Shown: piece by piece, positions 19,201 to 30,730 of the stretch
How the letters are laid out: each line of letters starts with the position of its first letter
How positions within the stretch are numbered: position 1 is the first letter of the stretch
DNA from: Desulfatiglandales bacterium
Lineage (GTDB): Bacteria > Desulfobacterota > DSM-4660 > Desulfatiglandales > Desulfatiglandaceae
Direction: 5' to 3'
Length of the DNA: 64,000 nucleotides
Assembly (NCBI GenBank): GCA_963666345.1
Contig: OY762721.1
Coordinates: forward strand, 2,432,001 to 2,496,000
Position numbers and translations under genes: made by a program
The notes under the pieces: model-generated
Databases searched by the model: none
Told to the model about the DNA's origin: nothing
What the model saw: the letters and a program-made list of their open reading frames with translations, nothing else

Positions 19201-19970
19201 TGAATGACTACCTAATATTCAGATTATATGGTGCTTTGGCATCTTGGGGGGATATAGCGGTGGGCGATATTCGTGCAAGTTACCGCTATCCGTCTAAATC
19301 GGCGGTCATTGGTTTGCTGGCTGCTGCCCTGGGTGTTGAACGGGATGCACATGACAAACAATCTGAGCTGGCCAAACTGATGCTGTCCGTCAGAATAGAT
19401 GCGATGGGCAGTCCAATTGAGGATTATCATACTGTGCAGACACCAAGTGAACAAGCGATTAAGTATGACCGAGCCAAGGAGTGCTGGACGCGTCTTGATG
19501 AAATTGAAGCGATTAAATGGCGTGTGATTCAGTCTCAAAGCAATGCCGAGGCTGGAGCCATCCAATCCAGACGGGCTTATTATTGTGATTCAGTTTACTC
19601 GGTTGCGCTATGCGAAAATATAAAAGATAAGATTTATTGGCAAACCCTTGAAATTTCTAAGCTGCAAGATATTGTTGCTTTTCTGAAAGAACCCCGATTT
19701 GTTTTGTACTTAGGAAGAAAATCATGTCCCTTAGGATTGCCGTTAGAACCACAGGTAATACCAGCAAAGAATTGCAGAGTTGCCTTCCAACAGGCAAAGT
19801 TCGGATTTCCCGGCGAATTGCAAATCATGCTCAAGGAGGCAACGAGCATTCAGTATTACACACAAGAAGATATTGAAAATAGCCAAATGAAACTTGCGCG
19901 GCGAGACCAGCCAGTCAACCGCACAACTTGGCAGTTTACCGAAAGGGATGAATACTATTTCAGCGAATGA
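19200..19970 (+). CDS. cas5: Type I-E Cas5 (CasD)
   Basis: YLIFRLYGALASWG, PSKSAVIGLLAAALG, DYHTVQ, LYLGRKSCP. Confidence 0.95.
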   Translation: MNDYLIFRLYGALASWGDIAVGDIRASYRYPSKSAVIGLLAAALGVERDAHDKQSELAKLMLSVRIDAMGSPIEDYHTVQTPSEQAIKYDRAKECWTRLDEIEAIKWRVIQSQSNAEAGAIQSRRAYYCDSVYSVALCENIKDKIYWQTLEISKLQDIVAFLKEPRFVLYLGRKSCPLGLPLEPQVIPAKNCRVAFQQAKFGFPGELQIMLKEATSIQYYTQEDIENSQMKLARRDQPVNRTTWQFTERDEYYFSE

Positions 19971-19979
19971 GGAAGGGTC

Positions 19980-20654
19980 ATGTATTTACACAAAATTACT
20001 ATCGACAGCGAAGCGTTAAGAAGAGACCGAAAAATATATCAAGATGTTTATTTGTTGCATAAAAAAATATGGGAGCTTGTCAGCCGGAATGAAAACCAGA
20101 AAAGAAATTTTTTATACCGGGTTGAATATGATGCTTATCAGAATATCAAACATATTTATCTACTTGCGCCAAATCAGATTTCATTTCAAAAAAATATAAA
20201 GATTGCGGTTTCACCAAGATACCAGCCTCAGATTGAAACGGGCGAATTCCTTTTTTTTAAGCTTAGAGCAAACCCTATTATCAAAAGAAAAGAAAACGGG
20301 AAAGCTAAGGAATACAGCCTTGTTATGGATGCCAAACATCAATTCAAGAAAAATGGAAAAAACTATCAGGAACGGTTTTATCTGGACGAGCTAATTTATG
20401 ATGTTGGTATGAAATGGCTTATCAGGAAAGGTGAGCAGCACGGATTTTCAGTCAAACAATTCGAAGTCAAAATCGATAATGACCGTGAATATCATGTCAC
20501 ACCCACGGGGAAAGGAAGCTTTATGATCAGAACACTGGATTTTGAGGGTGCCCTTACCGTTGTTGATCCAAGACTCTTTGTTGATGTGCTTTATAAAGGC
20601 GTTGGCTCTGCTAAAGCCTTCGGCTGCGGGCTGATGCTGGTGAGGCGAATATGA
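19980..20654 (+). CDS. cas6e: Type I-E Cas6e (CasE/Cse3)
   Basis: YLLHKKIWEL, FKLRANP, C-terminal G-loop GVGSAKAFGCGLMLV. Confidence 0.95.
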   Translation: MYLHKITIDSEALRRDRKIYQDVYLLHKKIWELVSRNENQKRNFLYRVEYDAYQNIKHIYLLAPNQISFQKNIKIAVSPRYQPQIETGEFLFFKLRANPIIKRKENGKAKEYSLVMDAKHQFKKNGKNYQERFYLDELIYDVGMKWLIRKGEQHGFSVKQFEVKIDNDREYHVTPTGKGSFMIRTLDFEGALTVVDPRLFVDVLYKGVGSAKAFGCGLMLVRRI

Positions 20655-20682
20655 GGCCGGAAAACTGATAGGGAGAATTAGA

Positions 20683-21513
20683 ATGGAGACAGGGATAGCG
20701 GTTTTCAGAGGTAAGGAGATCAGGAAGACAATTCATAACGATAAGTGGTGGTTTTCCGTAGCTGATGTTGTAGAGATCTTGACCGATACTGTAAACAGTT
20801 CTGACTATATTAAAAAAATGCGTAAGCGTGACAGCGAGTTATCTAAAGGGTGGGGACAAATTGTCACCCCCCTTTTGTTGGAAACAACTGGTGGCAAGCA
20901 GAAAGTCAATTGCGCCAACACAGAGGGCATTTTCCGCATAATTCAGTCCATCCCATCCCCCAAGGCTGAGCCTTTCAAGCGGTGGCTGGCAAAGGTCGGT
21001 TATGAACGGGTGCAGGAGATAGGGGATCCCGAGCTGGCAACCAAAAGAACCCGTACTCTGTACAAGGCGAAAGGCTATTCGGACGACTGGATTGAGAAGC
21101 GGATGCGCGGCATCGCCATCAGGGAGGAGCTTACGGACGAGTGGAGAGAGAGGGAGGTAAGGCGCGAGAAGGAATATGCGATACTAACCGCCGAGATCGC
21201 AAAAGCGGCATTTGGTGTTACTCCCGCCGAACACAAAAAACTGAAAGGGCTGATTCGGGAAAACCTGAGGGACCACATGACAGACCTTGAATTGATCTTT
21301 TCCATGCTTGGAGAGGCGGCTACGACTGAGATAACGCGGGCTGATGATGCAAAGGGTTTTCAGGAAAGCAAGAGTGCTGCTCGCAAGGGAGGAGATGTTG
21401 CCGGCAAGGCGAGAGAAGATCTGGAGAAGAAGACCCGCAAGAAGGTTGTCTCTCCCGAGAATTATCTGGACATTCCTCAGAAAAGACGGAAGCAGTTGAA
21501 TGAAAAGGAGTAG
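20683..21513 (+). CDS. BRO-N domain (antirepressor-like) protein
   Basis: FRGKEIRK....KWWFSVADVVEILTD, RIIQSIPSPKAEPFKRWLAKVGYER, ENLRDHMTDLELIF. Confidence 0.88.
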   Translation: METGIAVFRGKEIRKTIHNDKWWFSVADVVEILTDTVNSSDYIKKMRKRDSELSKGWGQIVTPLLLETTGGKQKVNCANTEGIFRIIQSIPSPKAEPFKRWLAKVGYERVQEIGDPELATKRTRTLYKAKGYSDDWIEKRMRGIAIREELTDEWREREVRREKEYAILTAEIAKAAFGVTPAEHKKLKGLIRENLRDHMTDLELIFSMLGEAATTEITRADDAKGFQESKSAARKGGDVAGKAREDLEKKTRKKVVSPENYLDIPQKRRKQLNEKE

Positions 21514-21519
21514 GACCCC

Positions 21520-22116
21520 ATGGTGGTCTATCCGGATGATAAACAAAGCGCAGGACCCCCACAACTCATTCCGCCACATGGCGGTTATCGCGATCTTCAA
21601 TCTTATCAGATGTCCGAGATTGTCTATGACGGCACGGTAGTGTTTTGCGACCGGTTTATTTCAAAGCGGTCGCGTACCCATGATCAGATGGTTCAGGCGG
21701 CGCGGAGCGGAAAGCAGAATATAGCGGAGGGCTGCATGGCTTCAGGCACGTCCAAAAAGACGGAGCTCAAGCTCGTTGGTGTTGCGAGGGCGAGCCTTGA
21801 GGAACTGCTGTTGGATTTTCAGGATTTTTTGCGACAGAAGGGATTGGCCCTTTGGGGAAAGGATCACCCAAAAGCCAGAAAAGTGCGCGGACTTTGCTAC
21901 AAGAAAGATAGGTCTTATAAGACTTATAGGCCCTATATTGAGGAAAGTTCTCCTGAAGTTGCTGCCAATACCATGGTCTGCCTGATCCACCAGACCAATT
22001 ACCTGCTTGATCAACAACTGCGGGTTTTAGAAAAGGACTTTTTAAAGGAGGGTGGTTTAACGGAAAGGATGTACCGCGCCCGTTCACGGGCCCGCGATTG
22101 GAACAGGAATAAATGA
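21520..22116 (+). CDS. Four helix bundle suffix domain-containing protein
   Basis: [69 protein letters not shown]. Confidence 0.88.
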   Translation: MVVYPDDKQSAGPPQLIPPHGGYRDLQSYQMSEIVYDGTVVFCDRFISKRSRTHDQMVQAARSGKQNIAEGCMASGTSKKTELKLVGVARASLEELLLDFQDFLRQKGLALWGKDHPKARKVRGLCYKKDRSYKTYRPYIEESSPEVAANTMVCLIHQTNYLLDQQLRVLEKDFLKEGGLTERMYRARSRARDWNRNK

Positions 22117-22217
22117 CCTATACAGAAGACGATCTTCTTCCCCTTTCGGGCTTACAGCATCTTCTTTTTTGCGAGCGGCAGTGCGCGTTGATAAATATTG
22201 AGTAGTTGTGACTGGAA
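22113..22217 (+). pseudogene. cas4: Cas4 N-terminal relic (type I-C-like)
   Basis: [33 protein letters not shown]; the ATG overlaps the upstream stop, and two nonsense codons sit at the usual Q and W positions. Confidence 0.82.
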
Positions 22218-22279
22218 TTCATGAAAGGTAGAGAAACATTAGAGATTGATAATCAGTCTTGTGAAGGAGAGTTGCCGTT

Positions 22280-23537
<1,258 letters not shown>

Positions 23538-23597
23538 TAATTCGGTAGAATTTTTTACTTCCAATACCTGATGTGAAATTAGCATGTTAGAAGAAGT
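23538..23597 (+). promoter_or_regulatory. CRISPR leader (proximal part)
   Basis: AT-rich stretch between cas2 and repeat 1 with a TTCGGTAGAATTTT motif resembling type I-E leaders. Confidence 0.7.
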
Positions 23598-24844
23598 GTG
23601 TTCCCCACATGCGTGGGGATGAACCGAGAGTTCAAACCGAGGCTAACGGTGAATTTAAGTGTTCCCCACATGCGTGGGGATGAACCGTTAGTTCTGGAAC
23701 TTCTGGTAGCAGTGGAAGTGTTCCCCACATGCGTGGGGATGAACCGTTGACAGAGCAGGAATGGCCCAGGTAGACATGGTGTTCCCCACATGCGTGGGGA
23801 TGAACCGATCACCCTGGAGGTCGAAGAGATATGACCAACGTGTTCCCCACATGCGTGGGGATGAACCGAAGCATGTCGTTTGCATGTTCTGCCTGCCTTA
23901 GTGTTCCCCACATGCGTGGGGATGAACCGGAGGTAGGACATGCTCCTGAACCCCCGCATAAGTGTTCCCCACATGCGTGGGGATGAACCGTAATCGGCAA
24001 CATACACGAACCATAAACCCGCGTGTTCCCCACATGCGTGGGGATGAACCGTTTGAACATCAAAATATTGCCCATCATCCAGTGTGTTCCCCACATGCGT
24101 GGGGATGAACCGAAGCCCCTTTGTGGTTCGTAATGTCTCTAATCGTGTTCCCCACATGCGTGGGGATGAACCGTCCCACTTCGGCTTTGTGAGGGGGACT
24201 GATACGTGTTCCCCACATGCGTGGGGATGAACCGTAATCTGCTATCTCCTGATACGACAATCCTTTGTGTTCCCCACATGCGTGGGGATGAACCGCCGGG
24301 ACCAAAGAGGGCGCCTGGCGTGCGCTAGTGTTCCCCACATGCGTGGGGATGAACCGGATTGATCTTGAGTTTTTTAATAGCCTCGTCAGTGTTCCCCACA
24401 TGCGTGGGGATGAACCGATGATGAACTGCCCCCTTGCACCCCTGAAGAAGTGTTCCCCACATGCGTGGGGATGAACCGCAATACATATCTTGATAAAACA
24501 TGCGGCCAGCGTGTTCCCCACATGCGTGGGGATGAACCGGATATCCCCTACTCAGTTTGGGGAGTTCTTTAGTGTTCCCCACATGCGTGGGGATGAACCG
24601 GTGTGGTGATAGACATGGGCCGGGTAAAGCTTGTGTTCCCCACATGCGTGGGGATGAACCGGGTATTCTCTGCCCTCGTCAGGGTCCTGCTCTGTGTTCC
24701 CCACATGCGTGGGGATGAACCGTCAGATGGAAAATGGGGAGGCAGTCGGGCCGGGTGTTCCCCACATGCGTGGGGATGAACCGCAGGCGTTACATAGATA
24801 TCTGTTCTCTCCCCGGTGTTCCCCACATGCGTGGGGATGAACCG
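23598..24844 (+). CRISPR. Type I-E CRISPR array, leader-proximal part (repeats 1-21)
   Basis: 21 identical 29-bp repeats GTGTTCCCCACATGCGTGGGGATGAACCG; spacers are 32 bp except spacer 2 (30 bp). Confidence 0.99.
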
Positions 24845-24967
24845 AGTACTCCCACCCAGAAGGCTGTCAATAGGCGTTGAAAATTGACCCATCATCGGCG
24901 TCCAAAATTGACCCACCCCTGAGAAAAAAATATGGTTAAATAGTTGAGTAGTTGATCCCTTCTTTAT

Positions 24968-25699
24968 CTATGAAGCTGCGTGTTTCATTCTCCAGCTTTC
25001 GTTACCTGTTTCTATAATTTCACAATGATGAGTCAATCGATCAAGCATGGCCGTAGTCATCTTTTTATCTCCAAAGACTTGGGGCCATTCACCGAAGGTC
25101 AAGTTGGTGGTAATCACTATGGATGTCTGTTCGTAGAGTTTTGATATAAGATGAAAGAGCAGTTGACTGCCGTTTTTGGAAAAAGGCAGATAACCCAGTT
25201 CATCGAGGACCACAAGATCAAATCGAAGTAGTCTTGCTGTGATTTTGCCGGCCAATCCAATCATTTTTTCCTGCTCAAGCTCATTTGCCAGATCCACCAG
25301 GTTATAAAACTTGCACTTCCTGCCATTCCTTATGGCCTGGGCCGCTATAGTTATGGCTAAATGGGTTTTGCCCGTACCGGTGCCACCTACAAAAATCAGG
25401 TTGATATGTTCGGCTATAAAATCACCCTGATAAATAGACCTAATCTGGGCTTCATCAACACAGGCCCCGTTAAAATCAAAGCCATCGATATCTTTAAGGA
25501 CAGGAAACCTGGCCTGTCCCATACGATATCGGATACTCCTTATATATCTTTCGGCAGCTTCAGCCTTGAGCAGTTCCAGGATTACCTTTTCAGGAGTTGA
25601 ATGGGTCTTGCGTCCATTGGAGACAACTTCATCATAAATGGACTGCATACCCCGCAACTTTAGTTTTTCCATATGGTCCATGATATCATTGCGCAGCAT
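24968..25699 (-). CDS. istB: IS21-like element helper ATPase IstB
   Basis: [51 protein letters not shown]. Confidence 0.96.
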   Translation of the reverse strand: MLRNDIMDHMEKLKLRGMQSIYDEVVSNGRKTHSTPEKVILELLKAEAAERYIRSIRYRMGQARFPVLKDIDGFDFNGACVDEAQIRSIYQGDFIAEHINLIFVGGTGTGKTHLAITIAAQAIRNGRKCKFYNLVDLANELEQEKMIGLAGKITARLLRFDLVVLDELGYLPFSKNGSQLLFHLISKLYEQTSIVITTNLTFGEWPQVFGDKKMTTAMLDRLTHHCEIIETGNESWRMKHAAS

Positions 25700-27203
25700 G
25701 GTATCCCTCCCTTACCAAACGTTCATAGCGGTGGCAGTCTGCTATGGGCTCTTGCTTGAGAATCAGATGGGAGGGGATACCCAAATCAGGCGTGCAATCC
25801 TGATCCTGATCCCTGTTTAAAAGATTGAGAACCACCTCTTTACTTACGGCCCTGATCTCTAGGGCCTCCTTACAGGCTTTACTTACAGCCTCAAGTCCGT
25901 AGAAAGGGACAGCATTTAGAATGGCCACAAACTGACGGTCCCAGTCGGAAAAACGGTTTTGAAGCCCATTAAGGACGCCTTGCACAGGATGAGGAAGTTG
26001 CCAGTCTTTAAAGGGTGCTCCATTACGGAGAGCCCCGGGCTTACGTTCAAGGACCGGGACATAATGCCAGGGATTAAAAATAGTCTTGTTCTTTCCAAAA
26101 TGCCTATCATGCTCTCCTACGATACAACCGTTATTTACTATCACTATCCGATCGGCATATACTCTCATATAGACCGCTTTACCCACCTGGCTGCAATTAA
26201 CGCTGTATCGGTTCCGGTCATAGGTTACAAGTGAGCTGGGGGTAACCCTGGCTGGACGTTGTGCATATCCATCAAAGGGAGGTGGTAGATTTATCAGATA
26301 GGGTCTCTCTTCACTGTAGACCTGCCAAACCGTCTTATCAGATATTGTTGGATGCTTACGGGTCTTTGCCCAGGTGATGCATTGTTCTCTAAGCAGCTCG
26401 TTTAGGTGTGTGAAATCCCTGGCCTTGATTCGGGGAGTGAAAAATCTCCTTCTGACCACACCTACCTGGTTTTCCACCTGACCCTTTTCCCAGCCTGCAG
26501 CAGGGGTGCAGCTTACCGGTTCAAATAAATAATGGGAACACAGTTGGCTGAAGCGGCTGTTGAACTGTCTTTCCCTTCCTCCCAGGATCTTGTTAACCAC
26601 TGTTTTGAGATTGTCATATATGCCTTTACGGCAAACTCCTCCAAAAAACTCAAAGGCCCTGATATGGGCATCAAACACCATCTCCTGGGTCTCTCTGGGG
26701 TAGGCAATACAAAGGAAGTAGCGGCTGTGACATAACCTTATATGTGCGACCTTTGCCTTTACTCTGCTTCCGTCCAGATCTACCCACTCATGACTCCAGT
26801 CAAACTGAAAGGCTTCTGCAGGATCAAATACCAAAGGTATAAATACCTCCTTTGGCAAGCTCCTTTGATCCTGGTGCCATCTTTGAACATATCTCCTTAC
26901 GCTGTCATAGCCACCTTCGTAGCCGTTGAGTTGCAGCTCTTCAAAAAGTATCTGGGCTGTCCTGCGCAGTTTTCTGGGCAGTTTCTCATCTTCTTCCAGA
27001 AAGCCTTTCAGCATGTCTATAAACGGTCCTAGCTTGGGTCTCGGCTGGTTGCTTCGTTCGTACTGAAAAGATGTTTCTCCGCTCCTTATCGCCTTTTTTA
27101 CTGTATTTTTGCTAAGGCGCAGATCCTTCGCTGTCTGACGTATGGATTTGCCATCTCTGAGAACAGCTAATCGTATCTTACGGATTGTTTCCACTGTGAG
27201 CAT
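25686..27203 (-). CDS. istA: IS21-family transposase IstA
   Basis: N-terminal [42 protein letters not shown]. Confidence 0.96.
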   Translation of the reverse strand: MLTVETIRKIRLAVLRDGKSIRQTAKDLRLSKNTVKKAIRSGETSFQYERSNQPRPKLGPFIDMLKGFLEEDEKLPRKLRRTAQILFEELQLNGYEGGYDSVRRYVQRWHQDQRSLPKEVFIPLVFDPAEAFQFDWSHEWVDLDGSRVKAKVAHIRLCHSRYFLCIAYPRETQEMVFDAHIRAFEFFGGVCRKGIYDNLKTVVNKILGGRERQFNSRFSQLCSHYLFEPVSCTPAAGWEKGQVENQVGVVRRRFFTPRIKARDFTHLNELLREQCITWAKTRKHPTISDKTVWQVYSEERPYLINLPPPFDGYAQRPARVTPSSLVTYDRNRYSVNCSQVGKAVYMRVYADRIVIVNNGCIVGEHDRHFGKNKTIFNPWHYVPVLERKPGALRNGAPFKDWQLPHPVQGVLNGLQNRFSDWDRQFVAILNAVPFYGLEAVSKACKEALEIRAVSKEVVLNLLNRDQDQDCTPDLGIPSHLILKQEPIADCHRYERLVREGYHAAQ

Positions 27204-27335
27204 CCCTTTCCGCCTCCTTCTACCATAGTCACAGCAGAATAGAAGGCTTTCAGGGGTGGGTCAATTTTGGACGCCGATTCGCCCTATAGGTGGGTCATTT
27301 TTGCATGCCGATTCACAGAAGGCTATCAGTAGCGA

Positions 27336-27547
27336 GTGTTCCCCACATGCGTGGGGATGAACCGTGAGTGTATCGGTTATGGTGCAGACTTTATTGGTGT
27401 TCCCCACATGCGTGGGGATGAACCGACAGGAATGGTGCTAAGTGTAGCAAGTGATAGGTGTTCCCCACATGCGTGGGGATGAACCGAGGTACATTTTGTA
27501 CCCCAATAAGCGGGTTATTCGTAGTCCCGCATACGGGGGTCTGATCG
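27336..27547 (+). CRISPR. Same CRISPR array, trailer part (repeats 22-24 plus degenerate terminal repeat)
   Basis: Exact repeats at 27336, 27397 and 27458; degenerate TCGTAGTCCCGCATACGGGGGTCTGATCG at 27519-27547, one spacer length later. Confidence 0.95.
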
Positions 27548-27611
27548 TGTAGTGTTGTTGAAGTTCAAAATGGATTTTTACTGCAAGCCTTGCTGAGTTC
27601 GAAAGCTTAAT

Positions 27612-27659
27612 AAAAAGGCCGGCCATCCTTTAGCTGGATGGTCGGCCTTTGTTTTTTTT
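27612..27659. terminator. Bidirectional intrinsic terminator
   Basis: AAAAAGGCCGGCCATCC-TTTAGCT-GGATGGTCGGCCTTT plus T run, between the array and the convergent gene. Confidence 0.8.
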
Positions 27660-27679
27660 GTTTGATTATGGGCTTTACG

Positions 27680-28990
27680 TTATTCGGCCGGGACCTCAAA
27701 CCTGAATTCGGAAAACGGTTTCTGCTTCTCAGTTGGCCTTCTGTCATGGATCACCTTTACCCTGAATCGACCGGCATCAACGGTCAGACCCATTTCGACC
27801 AACTTATCGTCCGGGGAAAACTCATATTTCACGCTTTTACCGGGGTCAAGTTTGATTTTAGAGGATTCGCGCTTCGGTTTGTCGCGGGACCCCTTGCCCA
27901 GAGTCAGTCTCATCCACCCGGGCTTTTTCTTGGAGCCTTCTTCCGGATCACAGGTAATCTCCACAACCATCTTTTCATAAGGCTTGACGGTCCAGCTCTT
28001 GCCTGAGTGGCTTTTGATGTAATATTCCTGATAAGTTCCCAGCATCAGGGGCGGACGGCCCTCAAGCTTGACCTTGCCCCAGCCCTCGCCCTTTATGATC
28101 CCCATGACGATCTCATCCGCACCCAGTTCTTTGTCGAGGGCCACCTTTTTGGCCTCCTGAAAGCGCAATATGGGGGTGTCACCCACCGGGCGGCCGTCCT
28201 TTAAAAGTGCCGCGTACCACTCAAGCGCCTGTCCGCTCGGTCCGCTTTTGCTCACCTCGATCGTGACCTTGGCGTGCGGGCCGGGGAGCACATGAAATAT
28301 GGAGCCTGCTTCCATAGGACTGTTTACATCATCCTTGCGCGGCCGGTTTTTTTTGTATTCCTTGTACTTGGCCTTCATGGCGGGATCCGATTCCGTCTTT
28401 TTTTCGATCTCCTCACCGGAAGCGGATTTATACCCTTCAGGAATCTTGAACATATCGGCTTTGACCGGCGCTTCCCTGATATTGCGCAGTTCGGTGAATA
28501 TATCGTCCCTGCCTATTGCCTTAAGCTTTATGGTAAAATCCAGTTTCTGCGCCTTCCACAGGCCCATGATATCCGTCTCTTTATAATGGATGATCTGCCT
28601 TGCGCACTCATATCCAAGGACCTTTTCGGTACCGTCTTCCCTGATGGAGTACCGCTTCAGCATGGCCTTTACGCTCTGGAAGGGGTCGTTCATCTGGCTC
28701 ATGGGATGGTCGGAGGCCATCTCCATATACAGCTTGTACCTGGGGACCAGCACCCGGGTCTTATTGGCCCCCTGATCCACGATTACCACCACATCCGGCC
28801 CGGCAGGTTTTTTCAGATCCATACGGTAGAGGCCGTCTTTGACATAGATCCGTCCCGAATTTTCGTTAAGCTGCTCCTTTTGAAACAGATCCGCTGAAAA
28901 CTCACCTGCCCACACATACGCAACTCCAAAAATCAGACTCAAAGCCAAGACAATGCCCATCAATTTCATACGCCGTATTGCTGTATACAT
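27680..28990 (-). CDS. Exported protein with N-terminal DUF4412-like domain
   Basis: Signal peptide, then EFSAD...GRIYVKDGLYRMD, GTEKVLGYEC, ELRNIRE....DMFKIPEGY; unrecognised C-terminal half. Confidence 0.7.
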   Translation of the reverse strand: MYTAIRRMKLMGIVLALSLIFGVAYVWAGEFSADLFQKEQLNENSGRIYVKDGLYRMDLKKPAGPDVVVIVDQGANKTRVLVPRYKLYMEMASDHPMSQMNDPFQSVKAMLKRYSIREDGTEKVLGYECARQIIHYKETDIMGLWKAQKLDFTIKLKAIGRDDIFTELRNIREAPVKADMFKIPEGYKSASGEEIEKKTESDPAMKAKYKEYKKNRPRKDDVNSPMEAGSIFHVLPGPHAKVTIEVSKSGPSGQALEWYAALLKDGRPVGDTPILRFQEAKKVALDKELGADEIVMGIIKGEGWGKVKLEGRPPLMLGTYQEYYIKSHSGKSWTVKPYEKMVVEITCDPEEGSKKKPGWMRLTLGKGSRDKPKRESSKIKLDPGKSVKYEFSPDDKLVEMGLTVDAGRFRVKVIHDRRPTEKQKPFSEFRFEVPAE

Positions 28991-29410
28991 CGTTCCCCCT
29001 TTCGAATTGAACCTGAAGAATGAAAAATCGTTTTAGACAGTATCCCTATCAAGGGATAGGATTGAAAACAGATTTGCAGGCACTGGACAGCCGCTGAAGG
29101 TAACTAACGGTATATAGTAAGATTGCCGGTCCGGCGAAAGGTATCGCTCGAACGCATACAATACTCAAATACAGAATGAAGCCTGCAATGTCAACCTCAT
29201 CGCCTGAAATGGGCTATCATGCCTTGACGGGTCCGTGCCCGGGTGGTCTTATCAGCTTAAATCATGGAGCATAAGGAAGCGATAAAAAGAAAACTGTAAA
29301 AGAATTGATAAAGGCTATATAAAGCAGATCGTTAAATACATGACCTATCGGGTCCTTTAAACCTCTTCCACAACTGGGTTGGAGAAGAGCCATTATAATA
29401 AGGTGATTTC

Positions 29411-30577
29411 ATGTCCAAAACCGGTAATATCAGTAAAAAAGCGATCTTCGCCCTTTTCCTTGTCCATTTCTCGGGAGATCTATATCAATCCTTTATCTAT
29501 CCCCTGTTTCCCATAATCAGGGAAAATTTCGATCTCTCCCTCAGCCAGATAGGGCTTATCACCGCCGTGGTCACGCTTGTGTCTTTCGCAGCCCAGCCGA
29601 TTGTCGGAATCCTTGCGGAGCGTTTTCGACCCGGCCTGTTTATGGTAAGCGGTCTTCTGTTGAGTTGTGTTTTCATACCTCTGATGGGTGTGGTGCCATG
29701 GTTTGAGCTGCTAATCGTCATTACCGGTCTGGGTGCCCTGGGCTCTTCCATGTATCATCCAACCGCGGCGGGAATGGTACATAATTACGCGGGGGACCGG
29801 GTTGCTTTCAGCATGTCCGTGTTCGGGCTGGGCGGAACGATCGCATTTTCACTCGGTCCCCTTATCGTAACCGTATTCGTGGTTACCTTCGGCCTGTCGC
29901 GACTGCCCTTTATGGCTGTTTTCGGACTGGCCGCGGTTGCATGTCTTGTAATACTGAATCCGCTTCATCTTGAAAAATCACGAAAGCATGAAAGATCCTT
30001 CGCAACACTTCGAAAGAGTATGGCAGGGGCCTGGAAAGGCATCCTTCTTCTCTGCGCGCTGGCCTCCATGAGGTCGCTTTTAGATACAACTTTTCGAAGT
30101 TTTTATCCTATACTGTATTCACAGGAAGGGCATGGCCTGGTATCGGTCGGCCTTGTACTTTCCATTTTTGTGCTCGGAGGATCGCTCAGTTCGATTGTAT
30201 TCGGCCATTTAGCCGATGGGAAGGGTTACCGGTTCATATTCTACATCTCTTTCGGCCTGTCCACGCCATGCCTGATCTGGCTGATCAACTCCCATGGGTG
30301 GGCGGTTTATGCCGCTTCATTCATGTCCGGATTTTTTCTTCTTGCGACAATGTTCCCCACGGTCGCGCTGGCGAACCAGCTCGTTCCCGAGGGAAAATCC
30401 CTGGTCTCGAGCCTGACAATGGGACTGGCCAGCGGAATAGGTGGAATCCTTGCCCCGCTGATCGGAAAACTGGCCGGGGATTTCGGGATTCGCACGGTGA
30501 TCGCGGTAGTTTTTTTAATTCCGCTGCTTTGCCTTGCGGTGGTCCACCGGATTCCCGACTACAGGGCAAAGTCGTAA
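29411..30577 (+). CDS. MFS transporter (Fsr-like)
   Basis: About 12 hydrophobic segments, HFSGDLY, QPIVGILAERF, GSSMYHP motifs. Confidence 0.88.
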   Translation: MSKTGNISKKAIFALFLVHFSGDLYQSFIYPLFPIIRENFDLSLSQIGLITAVVTLVSFAAQPIVGILAERFRPGLFMVSGLLLSCVFIPLMGVVPWFELLIVITGLGALGSSMYHPTAAGMVHNYAGDRVAFSMSVFGLGGTIAFSLGPLIVTVFVVTFGLSRLPFMAVFGLAAVACLVILNPLHLEKSRKHERSFATLRKSMAGAWKGILLLCALASMRSLLDTTFRSFYPILYSQEGHGLVSVGLVLSIFVLGGSLSSIVFGHLADGKGYRFIFYISFGLSTPCLIWLINSHGWAVYAASFMSGFFLLATMFPTVALANQLVPEGKSLVSSLTMGLASGIGGILAPLIGKLAGDFGIRTVIAVVFLIPLLCLAVVHRIPDYRAKS

Positions 30578-30730
30578 AGAAGGAACCTTTTATATCCTGA
30601 ATCGATAGGTTCCATGGGGCGGCCGGGTGTGCTGCGGATACGACAGCTGTCAGCAAAGCCCTTTCCAGGTTCAGAAAAGGTTCCACTTGCATGCCTATGA
30701 CGGGAGCAATGGATCGGGACCGGAAGCGGG

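Larger units (their letters stand above)
24865..27317 (-). mobile_element. IS21-family insertion sequence (2453 bp) inside CRISPR spacer 21
   Basis: TG...CA ends, imperfect terminal IRs (TGTCAATAGGCGTTGAAAATTGACCC / TGTGAATCGGCATGCAAAAATGACCC) with internal repeated motifs, 6-bp target duplication GAAGGC, istA and istB genes. Confidence 0.96.

Noticed and set aside
15768..19970. HNH-fused Cas5 or Cas8 variant
   Set aside because: No HNH motif or long C-terminal extension, and Cas3 has intact HD and helicase motifs.
23579..24916. Minus-strand ORFs with repeated GSSPRMWGT / [10 protein letters not shown]
   Set aside because: Translations of CRISPR repeats.
27316..27323. 8-bp target duplication CAGAAGGC for the IS21 element
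   Set aside because: Terminal IRs align only if the element ends at 27317, giving a 6-bp duplication.
23627..27518. Self-targeting spacers within the window
   Set aside because: None seen by eye; a proper alignment is needed, so this is untested rather than excluded.
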